Assembly: GCF_018336915.1 (NCBI RefSeq)
Contig: NZ_CP064923.1
Location: 63,693-87,692, forward strand
Length of the DNA: 24,000 bases
Direction: 5' to 3'
DNA from: Acaryochloris marina S15
GTDB lineage: Bacteria > Cyanobacteriota > Cyanobacteriia > Thermosynechococcales > Thermosynechococcaceae
In this document: positions 14,189 to 23,475 of the stretch, one piece after another
Numbering within the stretch: position 1 is the stretch's first letter
How the letters are laid out: each line of letters starts with the position of its first letter
The notes under the pieces: generated by a model
What the model saw: the letters and a program-made list of their open reading frames with translations, nothing else
Database searches by the model: none
Told to the model about the DNA's origin: nothing
Translations under genes and position numbers: made by a program

Positions 14189-16234
14189 TTAACCGCCAGG
14201 TTTGGGAAACTTGCTGGGTGACTTAAAGTATTCCACCCGTTTATCCGCAAGCGCTTTACTCATGAAATCTCGCCAGACCGGTGCCGCATAGCTGCCTCCC
14301 GAGGCCCCTCTCCCCATGGGTGAATAGTTATCATTTCCGGCCCATACCGCTGTGGCTAATTGGGGTACATAGCCCACAAACCAAACATCTCGCTCAGAAG
14401 ATGTGGTTCCCGTTTTACCTGCCGCCGGTCGGCCAATTTGGGCAGAGGTTCCTGTGCCGCCATTAATAACGGCCTGGAGGGACTGGGTTAAAGAGGCAGA
14501 TGCCCATGGATCTAGGACTAATTTGGGCTGGGGGGTATTATCCAACAGCAACCGCCCACTGCTATCGGTGACTTGGGCAATGGCTGTGGTTTCGGATTGC
14601 CAGCCGTTATTGGCAAACGTCGCATAGGCTGAAGCCATTTCTAGAGGGGTTAAGTCTACAGACCCTAAGGGGAGTGAAATTACAGGGGGGATGGGGCTTT
14701 TAATGCCCAATACCCGACAAATATCAATGACTTTCTCCACCCCGACCTTTTGGCCCAGAACAACGGCCGGAATATTCCGGGATGTGGCTAGGGCTTGTCG
14801 CAGAGACATGGACCCTCCGTAGGTTTTGTCGTAGTTCAGGGGCGTATAGCCTCGTGCGGTCCCGTCATTAAAGGTGACCTTTTTGTCATTGATGATGCTG
14901 CTGGGGGTAAATTTTCCGGATGCAAAGGCGGCATAGAAGACAAAAGGCTTAAAGGCAGATCCCGGTTGGCGAATGGATTGGGTCGCTCGATTAAATTCAC
15001 TTTTTTTGCTATCGACCCCCCCGACAATTGCCTTGATAAAGTGGGTGCGTGGATCAACCGCCACCAAAGCCATCTGATCGGCTGCATAGGAGATTCGCTG
15101 TTGTCCCCATTTCACCGAATCTTCAGCAATTTCCTGCATCTTGATATCGATGGTGGTTTGAATCCGCATTCCCCCTTTACTCAGGGCATCTCGGCCAAAC
15201 CGACGGGTCAATTCCTTAATCACTGTATTGGTGATGTAGGGAGAGCGGCTGACTTGGAAGGACGTTACCTTACCAAATTTCAGAGGGGTGTCTAACGCAG
15301 CTTGCTCTTCTTCTTCGGTAATCCAGGTCAGCTTTTTCATCCGATTGAGAACAACTGCCTGCCGCTGCTTGGCAATTTCTAAGGTTTCATCGGTTACGGA
15401 GTCAAAATCGAAGGGGCTAAAGCTTTCAGGGGCCTGAATAATGCCCGCCATCATGGACGATTCTGCTAAGTTCAGATCGGATGACGATTTATTGAAATAG
15501 CTGCGGGCTGCGGTTTCAACGCCGTAGGTGTTATGTCCCCAATACACCTGATTGAGGTACATTTCTAAAATTTCATCTTTTTTGAACAGCTTCTCCAACC
15601 GCATGGCCAGAACGGCCTCTGCGACTTTCCGACCTAGCTCTCGCCTAGGGGTCAAAAACAAGTTTTTGACGAGCTGCATGGTTAAGGTGGAGGCACCCTG
15701 GACGGTTTCTCCGGCCTGGATGTTAGTGACCGTAGCCCGGAGGATACCGTAGGGATTAATCCCATCATGTTTATAGAAGTTGCTGTCTTCAATGGCTAAC
15801 ACGGCTAACTTCAGATGGGGAGAAATATTGTCTAAGGGAACGACTTCACGGTTTTCTTCATCGTGAAGGCTCGCTAGAATTTTGCCGTTAATATCGTAAA
15901 TATGGGTGGTTTCGTTGGGAATATACCCCTTTAAGGACCGTACATCCGGTAAATTGCGAAAGCTAATCGCGACCCCCATTAAGCTACCAGCCACGGCAGC
16001 ACTGGCCAGCATAGTCGTGATCAGAATAGTGGAACCCGCTGCTTTGCCAATTCCCCCAATAAAACTGGTGCCTTTGGAAAAGCGGTTGGGGTTGTTGGGG
16101 CTGGCAGTTTGCGATAAAGACACAGCAGATTCACATCCTCTTTTGGAAAGTTTGAAACAATGGCCAGGGATCATACTAGCAATTTTGGCCCACAGGACTA
16201 GGCGGTCCAAGGGGATTGCTAGGGCAAGAGCCAT
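14189..16234 (-). CDS. Class A penicillin-binding protein (PBP1A family: GT51 glycosyltransferase plus transpeptidase)
   Basis: Glycosyltransferase motifs are AIEDSNFYKH and GASTLTMQLVKN. Transpeptidase motifs are SAFKPF (SxxK), SRN and KTGTT. There is an N-terminal membrane anchor. The start is uncertain, with an alternative Met at 16174. Confidence 0.9.
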   Translation of the reverse strand: MALALAIPLDRLVLWAKIASMIPGHCFKLSKRGCESAVSLSQTASPNNPNRFSKGTSFIGGIGKAAGSTILITTMLASAAVAGSLMGVAISFRNLPDVRSLKGYIPNETTHIYDINGKILASLHDEENREVVPLDNISPHLKLAVLAIEDSNFYKHDGINPYGILRATVTNIQAGETVQGASTLTMQLVKNLFLTPRRELGRKVAEAVLAMRLEKLFKKDEILEMYLNQVYWGHNTYGVETAARSYFNKSSSDLNLAESSMMAGIIQAPESFSPFDFDSVTDETLEIAKQRQAVVLNRMKKLTWITEEEEQAALDTPLKFGKVTSFQVSRSPYITNTVIKELTRRFGRDALSKGGMRIQTTIDIKMQEIAEDSVKWGQQRISYAADQMALVAVDPRTHFIKAIVGGVDSKKSEFNRATQSIRQPGSAFKPFVFYAAFASGKFTPSSIINDKKVTFNDGTARGYTPLNYDKTYGGSMSLRQALATSRNIPAVVLGQKVGVEKVIDICRVLGIKSPIPPVISLPLGSVDLTPLEMASAYATFANNGWQSETTAIAQVTDSSGRLLLDNTPQPKLVLDPWASASLTQSLQAVINGGTGTSAQIGRPAAGKTGTTSSERDVWFVGYVPQLATAVWAGNDNYSPMGRGASGGSYAAPVWRDFMSKALADKRVEYFKSPSKFPKPGG

Positions 16235-16307
16235 CAGGCAACGTTAGCGGAATGAAGGCTCAAAATTGAGTTTGAGCATAGCTTACCATCCCTATTTAAT
16301 GGCCTAC

Positions 16308-16313
16308 TATAAT
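16308..16313 (+). promoter_or_regulatory. Perfect -10 hexamer TATAAT, a candidate tyrS promoter about 165 nt upstream of the ATG
   Basis: Read directly. The only -35-like hexamer (TTACCA, 16283-16288) is at a long 19-bp spacing. Confidence 0.25.
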
Positions 16314-16478
16314 TTCCTTCGGTGCAAAAAAATTAATGTTATTTTGCATTCTGTGAACTATGACGGTTCCTAAGCTATTTCTGATGAGGAGCTGCGCTGC
16401 AATGGCATACTAGAATTTGCTTTTGAATGGCTGTATCTGCAGCTTCAGCCTTTATTAATCCTTACTTTCTCCGAACCT

Positions 16479-17693
16479 ATGGTAGATGCAGTGTCTTCGT
16501 TGCTCCAGCGGGGTGTTAGCGATATTTTCCCCAATAATGCTGATTCCCAGCAAGCGGATGATAATTTAGTCTATCGCTTGAAAACAGCGGATCAGCCGTT
16601 GCGCATCAAGCTGGGCATTGACCCGACGGGTACTGATCTCCATTTAGGCCATAGCCTGCCTATTCGTAAACTGCGGGCTTTTCAGGATTTAGGCCATAAA
16701 GCCGTGTTGATTATTGGAGATTTTACCGCTCGTGTGGGTGATCCAACGGGTAAGTCAGAGGTCCGCCGTCAGCTCACAGAAGCAGAGGTGCAGCACAATA
16801 TTCAGACGTATCTAGATCAAATTAAGCCGATTTTAGATTTTGATACCCCCGATCGGCTGGAGGTTCGCTATAACTCGGAATGGTTGTCCAAAATCGATTT
16901 GGCGAAGACTTTAGAACTACTGACCACCATGACCGTGGGGCAAATGCTGGCGAAGGAAGGATTCGCAGAACGCTACCAGCAGGGGACACCTGTCTATTTA
17001 CATGAATTTTTATATCCTCTACTCCAGGGCTATGACTCGGTGGCTGTTGAGGCGGATGTGGAACTCGGGGGAACCGATCAGAAGTTCAATATTGCCATTG
17101 GTCGAGATTTACAGCGACATTTTGGCCTGCGCCCACAGTTTGGTCTGTTAACTCCAATTCTGTTGGGGACAGATGGAGTACAAAAAATGTCTAAGTCTTT
17201 GAATAACTATGTGGGCTTAGCTGAAGATGCGGTCAGTATGTACTCCAAGTTGGAGAAGACCCCTGATGCTTTGCTGTCCGAGTATTTCGAGCACCTAACA
17301 GACTTGCCCCTCAAAGAGCTACCCGAGAATCCTCGGGAGCAGCAGAAGCTGTTGGCCCATACCTTGGTGAGCCAGTATCACAGTGTTGCGATCGCAAATG
17401 AAACACAACAATCCCTAGCAGCGATGGTGACCCAGGGAGATATGAGCCAAACCGATGTTATTCCTGAATATTCATTGGCAGAGGTTACCTTTCCTGCCAA
17501 GCTGTTCTATTTGCTGAGTGCCAGCGGCTTGTGTTCCAGCAGTAGTGATGCCCGTCGCCAAATTAAGGGTGGAGCTGTGAAATTAGATGGCACTAAAATC
17601 ACCGTGGTTGATCAAACCTACGACCAGCCAGACGATCTGATCGGGACTGTTTTACAGGTGGGCAAAAAGAAGTTTATTCGGTTTATCGCCTGA
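16479..17693 (+). CDS. tyrS: Tyrosine--tRNA ligase
   Basis: HLGH (DLHLGHSLP) and KMSKS are both present, with a C-terminal S4-like domain ([14 protein letters not shown]). Confidence 0.95.
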   Translation: MVDAVSSLLQRGVSDIFPNNADSQQADDNLVYRLKTADQPLRIKLGIDPTGTDLHLGHSLPIRKLRAFQDLGHKAVLIIGDFTARVGDPTGKSEVRRQLTEAEVQHNIQTYLDQIKPILDFDTPDRLEVRYNSEWLSKIDLAKTLELLTTMTVGQMLAKEGFAERYQQGTPVYLHEFLYPLLQGYDSVAVEADVELGGTDQKFNIAIGRDLQRHFGLRPQFGLLTPILLGTDGVQKMSKSLNNYVGLAEDAVSMYSKLEKTPDALLSEYFEHLTDLPLKELPENPREQQKLLAHTLVSQYHSVAIANETQQSLAAMVTQGDMSQTDVIPEYSLAEVTFPAKLFYLLSASGLCSSSSDARRQIKGGAVKLDGTKITVVDQTYDQPDDLIGTVLQVGKKKFIRFIA

Positions 17694-17789
17694 GTAGGCA
17701 CGGAAGTTTAGAGTCTTTGGTACAGACGTGGAGACCTCTTGCGATTCGAGCCAGACGATAAACTAGAGACATCCACTACGGGCGGTATC

Positions 17790-18365
17790 ATGCTGGCCAT
17801 TGAATTAGACTTGCAACCGGCTGATTTAGAACTCAGTGATGAACAGTTTTACCACCTTTGCCAAGGCAATCGAGATCTGCGCCTAGAACGAACCGCAACA
17901 GGAAAGTTAATCATTATGCCACCCACGGGATGGGGGACTGGAAACCGGAATTTAAGGCTCGGGCAACGGCTGGGCAACTGGGCAGATGAAGACGGAACCG
18001 GAATGGTGTTTGACTCCTCAACCGGGTTTCGGTTGCCTAACGGTGCGATTCGCTCGCCGGATGTGGCTTGGGTGCGCCAAGCTCGGTTAACAGCACTCAA
18101 TCCTGATCCCAATCAGTTCTTGCCCCTCTGTCCTGATTTCGTGATTGAACTGCGTTCTGCTAATGACTCTCTCAGTAGTTTGCAAATCAAGATGCAAGAA
18201 TATCTTGCTCAGGGGTTGCAATTAGGCTGGTTGATTAACCCCCAAGACCAGCAGGTTGAAATTTATCGGCCAGAGCAAGAGGTTGAAGTTCTACAAACTC
18301 CAGAATTTTTAAGGGGAGAAACCGTCTTGCCAAACTTGTGCTTATCATTAGCAGGCATTTTTTAG
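17790..18365 (+). CDS. Uma2 family (DUF820) putative PD-(D/E)xK endonuclease
   Basis: LELSDEQFYHLC...RLERTATGKLIIMPP...SPDVAWV...PDFVIELRS matches the highly repeated cyanobacterial Uma2 family pattern. The ATG at 17790 is preferred over the ORF-track TTG at 17739. Confidence 0.85.
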   Translation: MLAIELDLQPADLELSDEQFYHLCQGNRDLRLERTATGKLIIMPPTGWGTGNRNLRLGQRLGNWADEDGTGMVFDSSTGFRLPNGAIRSPDVAWVRQARLTALNPDPNQFLPLCPDFVIELRSANDSLSSLQIKMQEYLAQGLQLGWLINPQDQQVEIYRPEQEVEVLQTPEFLRGETVLPNLCLSLAGIF

Positions 18366-18657
18366 AGAGTCATGCCTTAGATCATCTAGATCGTTCATTA
18401 GCATGTGTGAAAAAGCTGCTATATGCAACGCCATGTATAGACCTGGACTTGTTCGCTGCTTGACTATAGAACATGGCACTTAGGCAACATTGCTTGAACA
18501 GCTAGAACTGTGGGGCCAGATAGGGTTCCCATGATTTCAATAATTAGAAATATTGAGAACCAACTCTTCGAAGTTTTAGAAACACACGGCTTTGCAAGGG
18601 TGATTTCCCATGTCAACCAACAAAGGCGGCAATCACTCGGCTAGTAATTTTTCTCTC

Positions 18658-18676
18658 CTTAATGATAGTATTTCTC
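18658..18676 (+). promoter_or_regulatory. Fur-box-like AT-rich site CTTAATGATAGTATTTCTC overlapping a TAGTAT -10-like hexamer upstream of the AraC gene
   Basis: 13 of 19 matches to the GATAATGATAATCATTATC consensus by hand alignment. A second, weaker site (11 of 19) lies at about 18540-18558. Confidence 0.25.
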
Positions 18677-18720
18677 AATAAGTTTTTAGATCCTAGCCGT
18701 ACAAGGTTTGTTCCTTTTCC

Positions 18721-19710
18721 ATGTCACTATTGCTCTCCGTTCCAGACTTTATCAGTCAGCAAGACAATCAGGACCTCTTTGAAGAAATACGACAGCCATG
18801 GATCATTCCCTTAGAAGATCCAACTGGGCGTAGTTTTGGCTCTCGCTGGGGCGTTAACCTCCGTCCCGGTCTTGATATTTTGATTGATGATTACACGCTG
18901 CAAGAAGATTTGACCGTTGAGATTGGGGCAGATGTCCCAGATGAACTGGCATGGCTGGAAATGAGCTTTATGCTCTCGGGACAGAACCGTAGCGAAGGGG
19001 TCCAGGCTCACCATAGTTTTTTTGATGCCGGTTGGGAAGAGGATACTGCAGAAGAACTCGCGTTATGGCAGGCGGGGGATCGAGTCTTCAAATTTGATTT
19101 TCATATTGAGAAGACTCTATTTCAAACACTGGTGGGTGAGCAGATACAAACTTTTCCACAATCTTTACAGCAAATTCTCCAAAGTTCACAGCCTATCTCT
19201 GAACAGTTTTGGCAGGTTTATACCATCACTGCACCGATGCAATCCGCGATTCACCAGCTCTTACATTGTCCCTACGAGGGATTAACTCGGTGGCTTTACT
19301 GGGAAAGTCGAATCACTGAACTGATTGCTCTGGGTTTAGACCAGATCAGTCAATCTCGGTCATGTTCTGTACCAGGGTTACCGGTTGAAGATTTAGATCG
19401 CATTTATTACGCCAGCGACATCATGCGCCAGCGCTACGTTGATCCACCCTCATTATTTGAACTGGCGCGGTTAGTGGGACTGAACGATCGCAAACTCAAA
19501 GAAGGGTTTCGGCAGGTGTTTGGAACCACTGTCTTTGGCTATTTGAGTCAGCATCGGATGGAGACAGCCTGTCAATTGTTGCAGCAACAGCAGTCCGTTG
19601 CCGCAGTGGCTGCCGCCGTTGGCTATGCTAGCCCCACCGCATTTAGCGGTTCATTTCGACGGCAATTTGGAGTCTCTCCCAAGGGATATCAGTTAGGGAA
19701 GCGGCCTTGA
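18721..19710 (+). CDS. AraC family transcriptional regulator, PchR-like (siderophore-responsive type)
   Basis: A C-terminal double helix-turn-helix is present (LARLVGLNDRKLKEGFRQVFGTTVFGYL...GYASPTAFSGSFRRQFGVSP). The gene sits immediately upstream of a TonB-dependent receptor, as with the Synechocystis PchR-like regulators. Confidence 0.9.
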   Translation: MSLLLSVPDFISQQDNQDLFEEIRQPWIIPLEDPTGRSFGSRWGVNLRPGLDILIDDYTLQEDLTVEIGADVPDELAWLEMSFMLSGQNRSEGVQAHHSFFDAGWEEDTAEELALWQAGDRVFKFDFHIEKTLFQTLVGEQIQTFPQSLQQILQSSQPISEQFWQVYTITAPMQSAIHQLLHCPYEGLTRWLYWESRITELIALGLDQISQSRSCSVPGLPVEDLDRIYYASDIMRQRYVDPPSLFELARLVGLNDRKLKEGFRQVFGTTVFGYLSQHRMETACQLLQQQQSVAAVAAAVGYASPTAFSGSFRRQFGVSPKGYQLGKRP

Positions 19711-19729
19711 GGTGCGGTCTGCAGCAAAT

Positions 19730-19773
19730 AGTCCGGCTGGAAGAGAAAAAAAGTCCGACTGGAAGAGAAAAGG
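19730..19773 (+). promoter_or_regulatory. Tandem direct repeat 2 x 22 bp (AGTCCGRCTGGAAGAGAAAA..) between the AraC gene and the TonB receptor gene; a candidate AraC/PchR operator
   Basis: 19730-19751 and 19752-19773 share 19 of 22 bases. The period is 22 bp, about two helical turns. The pair ends about 20 bp upstream of TTGTAA (19793-19798). Confidence 0.5.
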
Positions 19774-19882
19774 ATCGCCTCCACTTTGTAACTTAATAAG
19801 GACTTAGTTGCTAACAACTCTTATCTAGAGGGTCTCAGTACCTGGTGAGTTATGCATCTGTTCGAGCAAAGTGGTGTGGTCA

Positions 19883-22384
19883 ATGAATGTTATCAGAACT
19901 TGGAAGCTAGGATTATTGGTTTTGGGTGGATGGGCGATCGCACCCAATGCCTGGGCTAACCCAACCGAAATAACCGCCCCATGGATTGACATTGCTCCTC
20001 AGACTGAAGAGGTAGAGAAACAGCTGGCCCCCGAACCACTCCCTGCAACCACCGTCAAAGACTGGATGGCGCAAATAGAGGCAGTACAGGTGCAAATTAC
20101 TGGTGTGCAGTGGGAAGAGACTGCGTCAGGCTTACAAGTGATCCTAGAGACAAATGGTCAGACCCTGGCAACACCCATAACAACGGTAGAAGGAACTGTT
20201 TTGACAGCCCAGATTCCTAACGCAGTGTTAGCCTTGCCGGACAGTGAAGCTTTTGAAGTAGCTGATCCAGCCAGCGGGATTGCACAGGTGCAGGTCACCA
20301 ATATGCCTGGGGATCAGGTGCAGATTGTGATCACAGGTACCGAGGCCCCACCTATGGCTGATATTCAAACTGAAAAAGGGAGTGTGGTTGTTAGGGTTAC
20401 TCCAGAAAAGACCAGTTCTGAAGACCTGGAAGAAGCGCTGGAAATTACGGTCACGGCCACCCGCACTGAGACCGCTGCCCAAGATGTTCCCCAAGCCATT
20501 CAAGTGATTCCCCAAGAAGTGATTAAAAAGCGTCAGGTCAATGACCTGACTGATGCGTTAAGGGTCATTCCTGGAATTAATTCTTCCTTGTCTACTTCTC
20601 TATTCAACAATGTTAATATTCGGGGATTTTCAGCAGATTTTCGACGCAATGGATTGAGAGATTCCACAGTGGGTAGTTCTGCAATACAAACTGCTAATAT
20701 TGAGCGAATTGAAGTCCTTAAAGGGCCTGCATCGGTGCTTTATGGTTCAGGGTCATTCGGGGGTACCGTGAATATCCTCACGAAACAACCCACTGACGAG
20801 CCACTGTATCGATTTGATGCTGCGATTGGCAATTTTGATCTTTACCGTGGGGCTGTTGATTTGTCGGGGCCGATTAATAAAAGTGGCACCGTTAAATATC
20901 GCTTGAACGTGGCAGGAGAAACGGAAGGGAGCTTTATTGATGCAGTGGGGCGAAAGCGATTATTAGTCGCTCCAGTCCTGTCATGGGAAATTGATCAAAA
21001 TACCGATATTACCTTTGAGCTGGAATATACGAATCTGACGGCTGACAATAATTTTGGGTTACCCGCCCGAGGTACTGTTCTGGAGAATATCAATGGTGAC
21101 ATCGATCGCAGTCTAAATATTGGGGCTCCCGGCCGAGAAAAACGGGAGATTGACACCATTACAGTGGGTTATAACTTTGAACATCGTTTTAGTGATAATT
21201 GGCGCATTCGCAATTCCTTTCAGTTTGCGCGCCGTTCAGCGCCAGAATTCACAGTATCTGGCATCAATTTACTGGATGATCAGCGCACTTTAGAACGAGA
21301 TTATGTGGATGTGCCCAGGTTTGATAGTAATGCCTATCTTCTGGATACGTATCTTATTGGTAACTTCAATACCGGGCCTGTTAAACATGAAATGCTAGTG
21401 GGGGTCGAATTATTTCAAGGAGATGGGGGAGGTCCATTCTCATTTGGAATAGCCAATTCCATCGACTTATTTACCCCTGATAACAATACCCTCATTCTTG
21501 AAGAAGAAGATTCTCTAGAAGATAAAACAACGAATAAGAATTTAGGCATTTATCTGCAAGATAAGATTGAAGTATTAGATAATTTGATTCTCCTGCTAGG
21601 CGGCAGGTTTGATATCGCTGGCACCCAGTTTGAAGATATAACATTCGGGACATCTGATTCTCAAACAGAAAGTGAATTTAGTCCGCGTTTAGGGATAGTC
21701 TATAAGCCCATCTCTGATCTGTCTCTATATGCCAGCTATAGTCGATCATTTATTCCCAACTTTTTCGATAGGAACATTGATGGAGAGATCTTTCCACCTC
21801 AAAGAGGCACTCAATTTGAGGTGGGTACTAAAGTGGCACTCACTGATAAATTCTCAGTCAATGTCGCCTATTTTGATATTTCAATTGCCAATGTACCCAC
21901 CTCAGATCTAGATAATCCTGCATTCTCTATCATTACTGGAGAGCAGAGCAGTAAGGGGGTTGAGTTATTTGCTTCAGGGGAAATTTTGCCAGGATGGAAT
22001 CTGATTGGTGGCTATACCTACAATGATGCCAAAATTACCCAAGACAATGATATTCCAGTAGGAAATCGTATCCCCAATAATCCTAAACATGCCTTGAGTC
22101 TGTCAACGACATATGAACTCCAAAAAGGAGACTTGAAAGGTTTAGGTTTTGGCTTAGGCATTTTCTTTGTGGGCAAGCGGCAGGGTGATTTTGACAACAG
22201 CTTTGAAGTTCCTAGCTATACCAGAACGGATGCGTCAATCTTCTATAACCGGGGTAAATTTCGTGCAGCCCTGAATTTCAAAAATTTATTTGATGTGAAT
22301 TACTTTGAGAATGTTGAAAGTGATTTGCGCGTAAGGTTTGGTGCACCTTTTACCGTCATTGGATCAATATCCTTTGAGCTCTAG
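19883..22384 (+). CDS. TonB-dependent siderophore receptor with an N-terminal AMIN-like domain
   Basis: The signal peptide is MNVIRTWKLGLLVLGGWAIAPNAWA-N. Plug motifs are VTATRTE..DVPQAIQVIPQEVIKKRQ and IERIEVLKGPASVLYGSGSFGGTVNILTK. A long beta-barrel with alternating hydrophobic residues follows. An alternative GTG start lies at 19871. Confidence 0.9.
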   Translation: MNVIRTWKLGLLVLGGWAIAPNAWANPTEITAPWIDIAPQTEEVEKQLAPEPLPATTVKDWMAQIEAVQVQITGVQWEETASGLQVILETNGQTLATPITTVEGTVLTAQIPNAVLALPDSEAFEVADPASGIAQVQVTNMPGDQVQIVITGTEAPPMADIQTEKGSVVVRVTPEKTSSEDLEEALEITVTATRTETAAQDVPQAIQVIPQEVIKKRQVNDLTDALRVIPGINSSLSTSLFNNVNIRGFSADFRRNGLRDSTVGSSAIQTANIERIEVLKGPASVLYGSGSFGGTVNILTKQPTDEPLYRFDAAIGNFDLYRGAVDLSGPINKSGTVKYRLNVAGETEGSFIDAVGRKRLLVAPVLSWEIDQNTDITFELEYTNLTADNNFGLPARGTVLENINGDIDRSLNIGAPGREKREIDTITVGYNFEHRFSDNWRIRNSFQFARRSAPEFTVSGINLLDDQRTLERDYVDVPRFDSNAYLLDTYLIGNFNTGPVKHEMLVGVELFQGDGGGPFSFGIANSIDLFTPDNNTLILEEEDSLEDKTTNKNLGIYLQDKIEVLDNLILLLGGRFDIAGTQFEDITFGTSDSQTESEFSPRLGIVYKPISDLSLYASYSRSFIPNFFDRNIDGEIFPPQRGTQFEVGTKVALTDKFSVNVAYFDISIANVPTSDLDNPAFSIITGEQSSKGVELFASGEILPGWNLIGGYTYNDAKITQDNDIPVGNRIPNNPKHALSLSTTYELQKGDLKGLGFGLGIFFVGKRQGDFDNSFEVPSYTRTDASIFYNRGKFRAALNFKNLFDVNYFENVESDLRVRFGAPFTVIGSISFEL

Positions 22385-22501
22385 TTCTATCCGTCAAACG
22401 GAGATGAGCTGTGTTTAGAAATCTCGGTTTTCTCTAGGATCTAGCTACATATCTAGTCTGAATACACATATTAGAAAATCAATATAGGTTATGAAGAAAT
22501 A

Positions 22502-23467
22502 ATGTTCAACACTAGAATTAACAGAATTCTTGTTGGGCTGCTAACCGTCTTATTAGTTGTCGCCTGCCAGAGTGATCCCAATCGTCCGCCTTCTAACTCT
22601 AAAGCTCCTGCAAGCTGCCACCCTATCCAGCATGGTTTGGGGAAGGCCTGCGTCCCTCAACCTCCGAAACGGTTGATTAGTCTAGATGATTCAACATTAG
22701 CTAATGCGTTGATCCTTGGCGTGCCTTCTGTTGGCTGTGCTCTACCGGATGCAGCCCCGCTAGATTATTTGAATCAGTATATGGAGAAGAAAGGCTATGG
22801 GACAGAATTTCTGGGTCAAAGTACTCAGCCTAATGTTGAGAAAATTTTAATGCTGAAGCCTGACTTAATTCTGGGAGTCGTTCCCTTTGGTGAACCGATT
22901 TATACGCAGCTTGCCGAAATTGCACCGACGGCAATGGGTGAGTGGCAGGGATCTCCGTCCTGGCGAGAGCACTTTGATTTTGTAGCCCAGACCTTAGGGA
23001 AAGAACCGGAAGCTAAATCGATTTGGAGTCAGTACTACCAACGGATTGATGCGTTGCAGCAGGCCCTAGGTGACCGGTTGGACAATCTAGAACTATCAAC
23101 GATCTATGCCTATGGTGACCAAATGACGGTTGACGTCAGGAATTCATTTGCTGGCAGCATTTTTTCTGATATTGGCATTCAGCAACCTCGCAATCATAGT
23201 CCTAATACGAATGGTGTTCTCGTTTTGTCAGAAGAAAGAATTCCTGAAATTGACGCTGATATTTTATTCGTGAATATCTATGATGCTGAGTCCAAACATC
23301 TGCTAGATGAATGGCAGAAGAAGCCACTTTGGAAGCAACTGAAGGCAGTTCAATCAGGACAAGTCTACGTCGTTGATGCAAATTTTTGGCGAGGTGGTAA
23401 TCCAATCGCTGCCAATCTTATGATTGATGATCTTTTTAAATATTTAGTTAATCGTCCTTCAGCTTAA
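22502..23467 (+). CDS. Iron-siderophore ABC transporter substrate-binding lipoprotein (FhuD/FecB-like, class III)
   Basis: A lipobox LLVVAC-Q is present. KRLISLDDSTLANALILGV, KPDLILGV and QSGQVYVVDANFW are typical of ferric-siderophore binding proteins. Confidence 0.85.
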   Translation: MFNTRINRILVGLLTVLLVVACQSDPNRPPSNSKAPASCHPIQHGLGKACVPQPPKRLISLDDSTLANALILGVPSVGCALPDAAPLDYLNQYMEKKGYGTEFLGQSTQPNVEKILMLKPDLILGVVPFGEPIYTQLAEIAPTAMGEWQGSPSWREHFDFVAQTLGKEPEAKSIWSQYYQRIDALQQALGDRLDNLELSTIYAYGDQMTVDVRNSFAGSIFSDIGIQQPRNHSPNTNGVLVLSEERIPEIDADILFVNIYDAESKHLLDEWQKKPLWKQLKAVQSGQVYVVDANFWRGGNPIAANLMIDDLFKYLVNRPSA

Positions 23468-23475
23468 AAATTCAG

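Noticed and set aside
14795-16247. Antisense ORFs inside the PBP gene (166 aa and 113 aa). Similar shadow ORFs lie inside the kinase (7889-8894), xseA, MFS and TonB receptor genes.
   Set aside because: Each lies wholly within a strongly supported gene on the opposite strand. They have biased, low-complexity compositions and no recognisable motifs.
16235-16478. A T-box or other riboswitch leader upstream of tyrS, including the AU-rich hairpin TGCAAAA..TTTTGCA at 16323-16348
   Set aside because: There is no T-box consensus (AGGGUGGNACCGCG-like) and no specifier-loop architecture. The hairpin has only two G-C pairs and no U-tract. As far as I know, T-box control is not known in cyanobacteria.
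18403-18644. Small ORFs in the Uma2-AraC gap: a 26-aa peptide with three Cys (18403-18483) and a 37-aa peptide (18531-18644), considered as RiPP precursors or toxins
   Set aside because: There are no convincing ribosome-binding sites and no neighbouring modification, transport or antitoxin genes. ORFs of this size are expected by chance in 355 bp.
22385-22501. A Fur box in the AT-rich spacer between the TonB receptor and the FhuD-like gene (AATCAATAT half-site near 22468-22476)
   Set aside because: Only half of the consensus matches and the other half is unrelated. The match cannot be told apart from general AT-richness.
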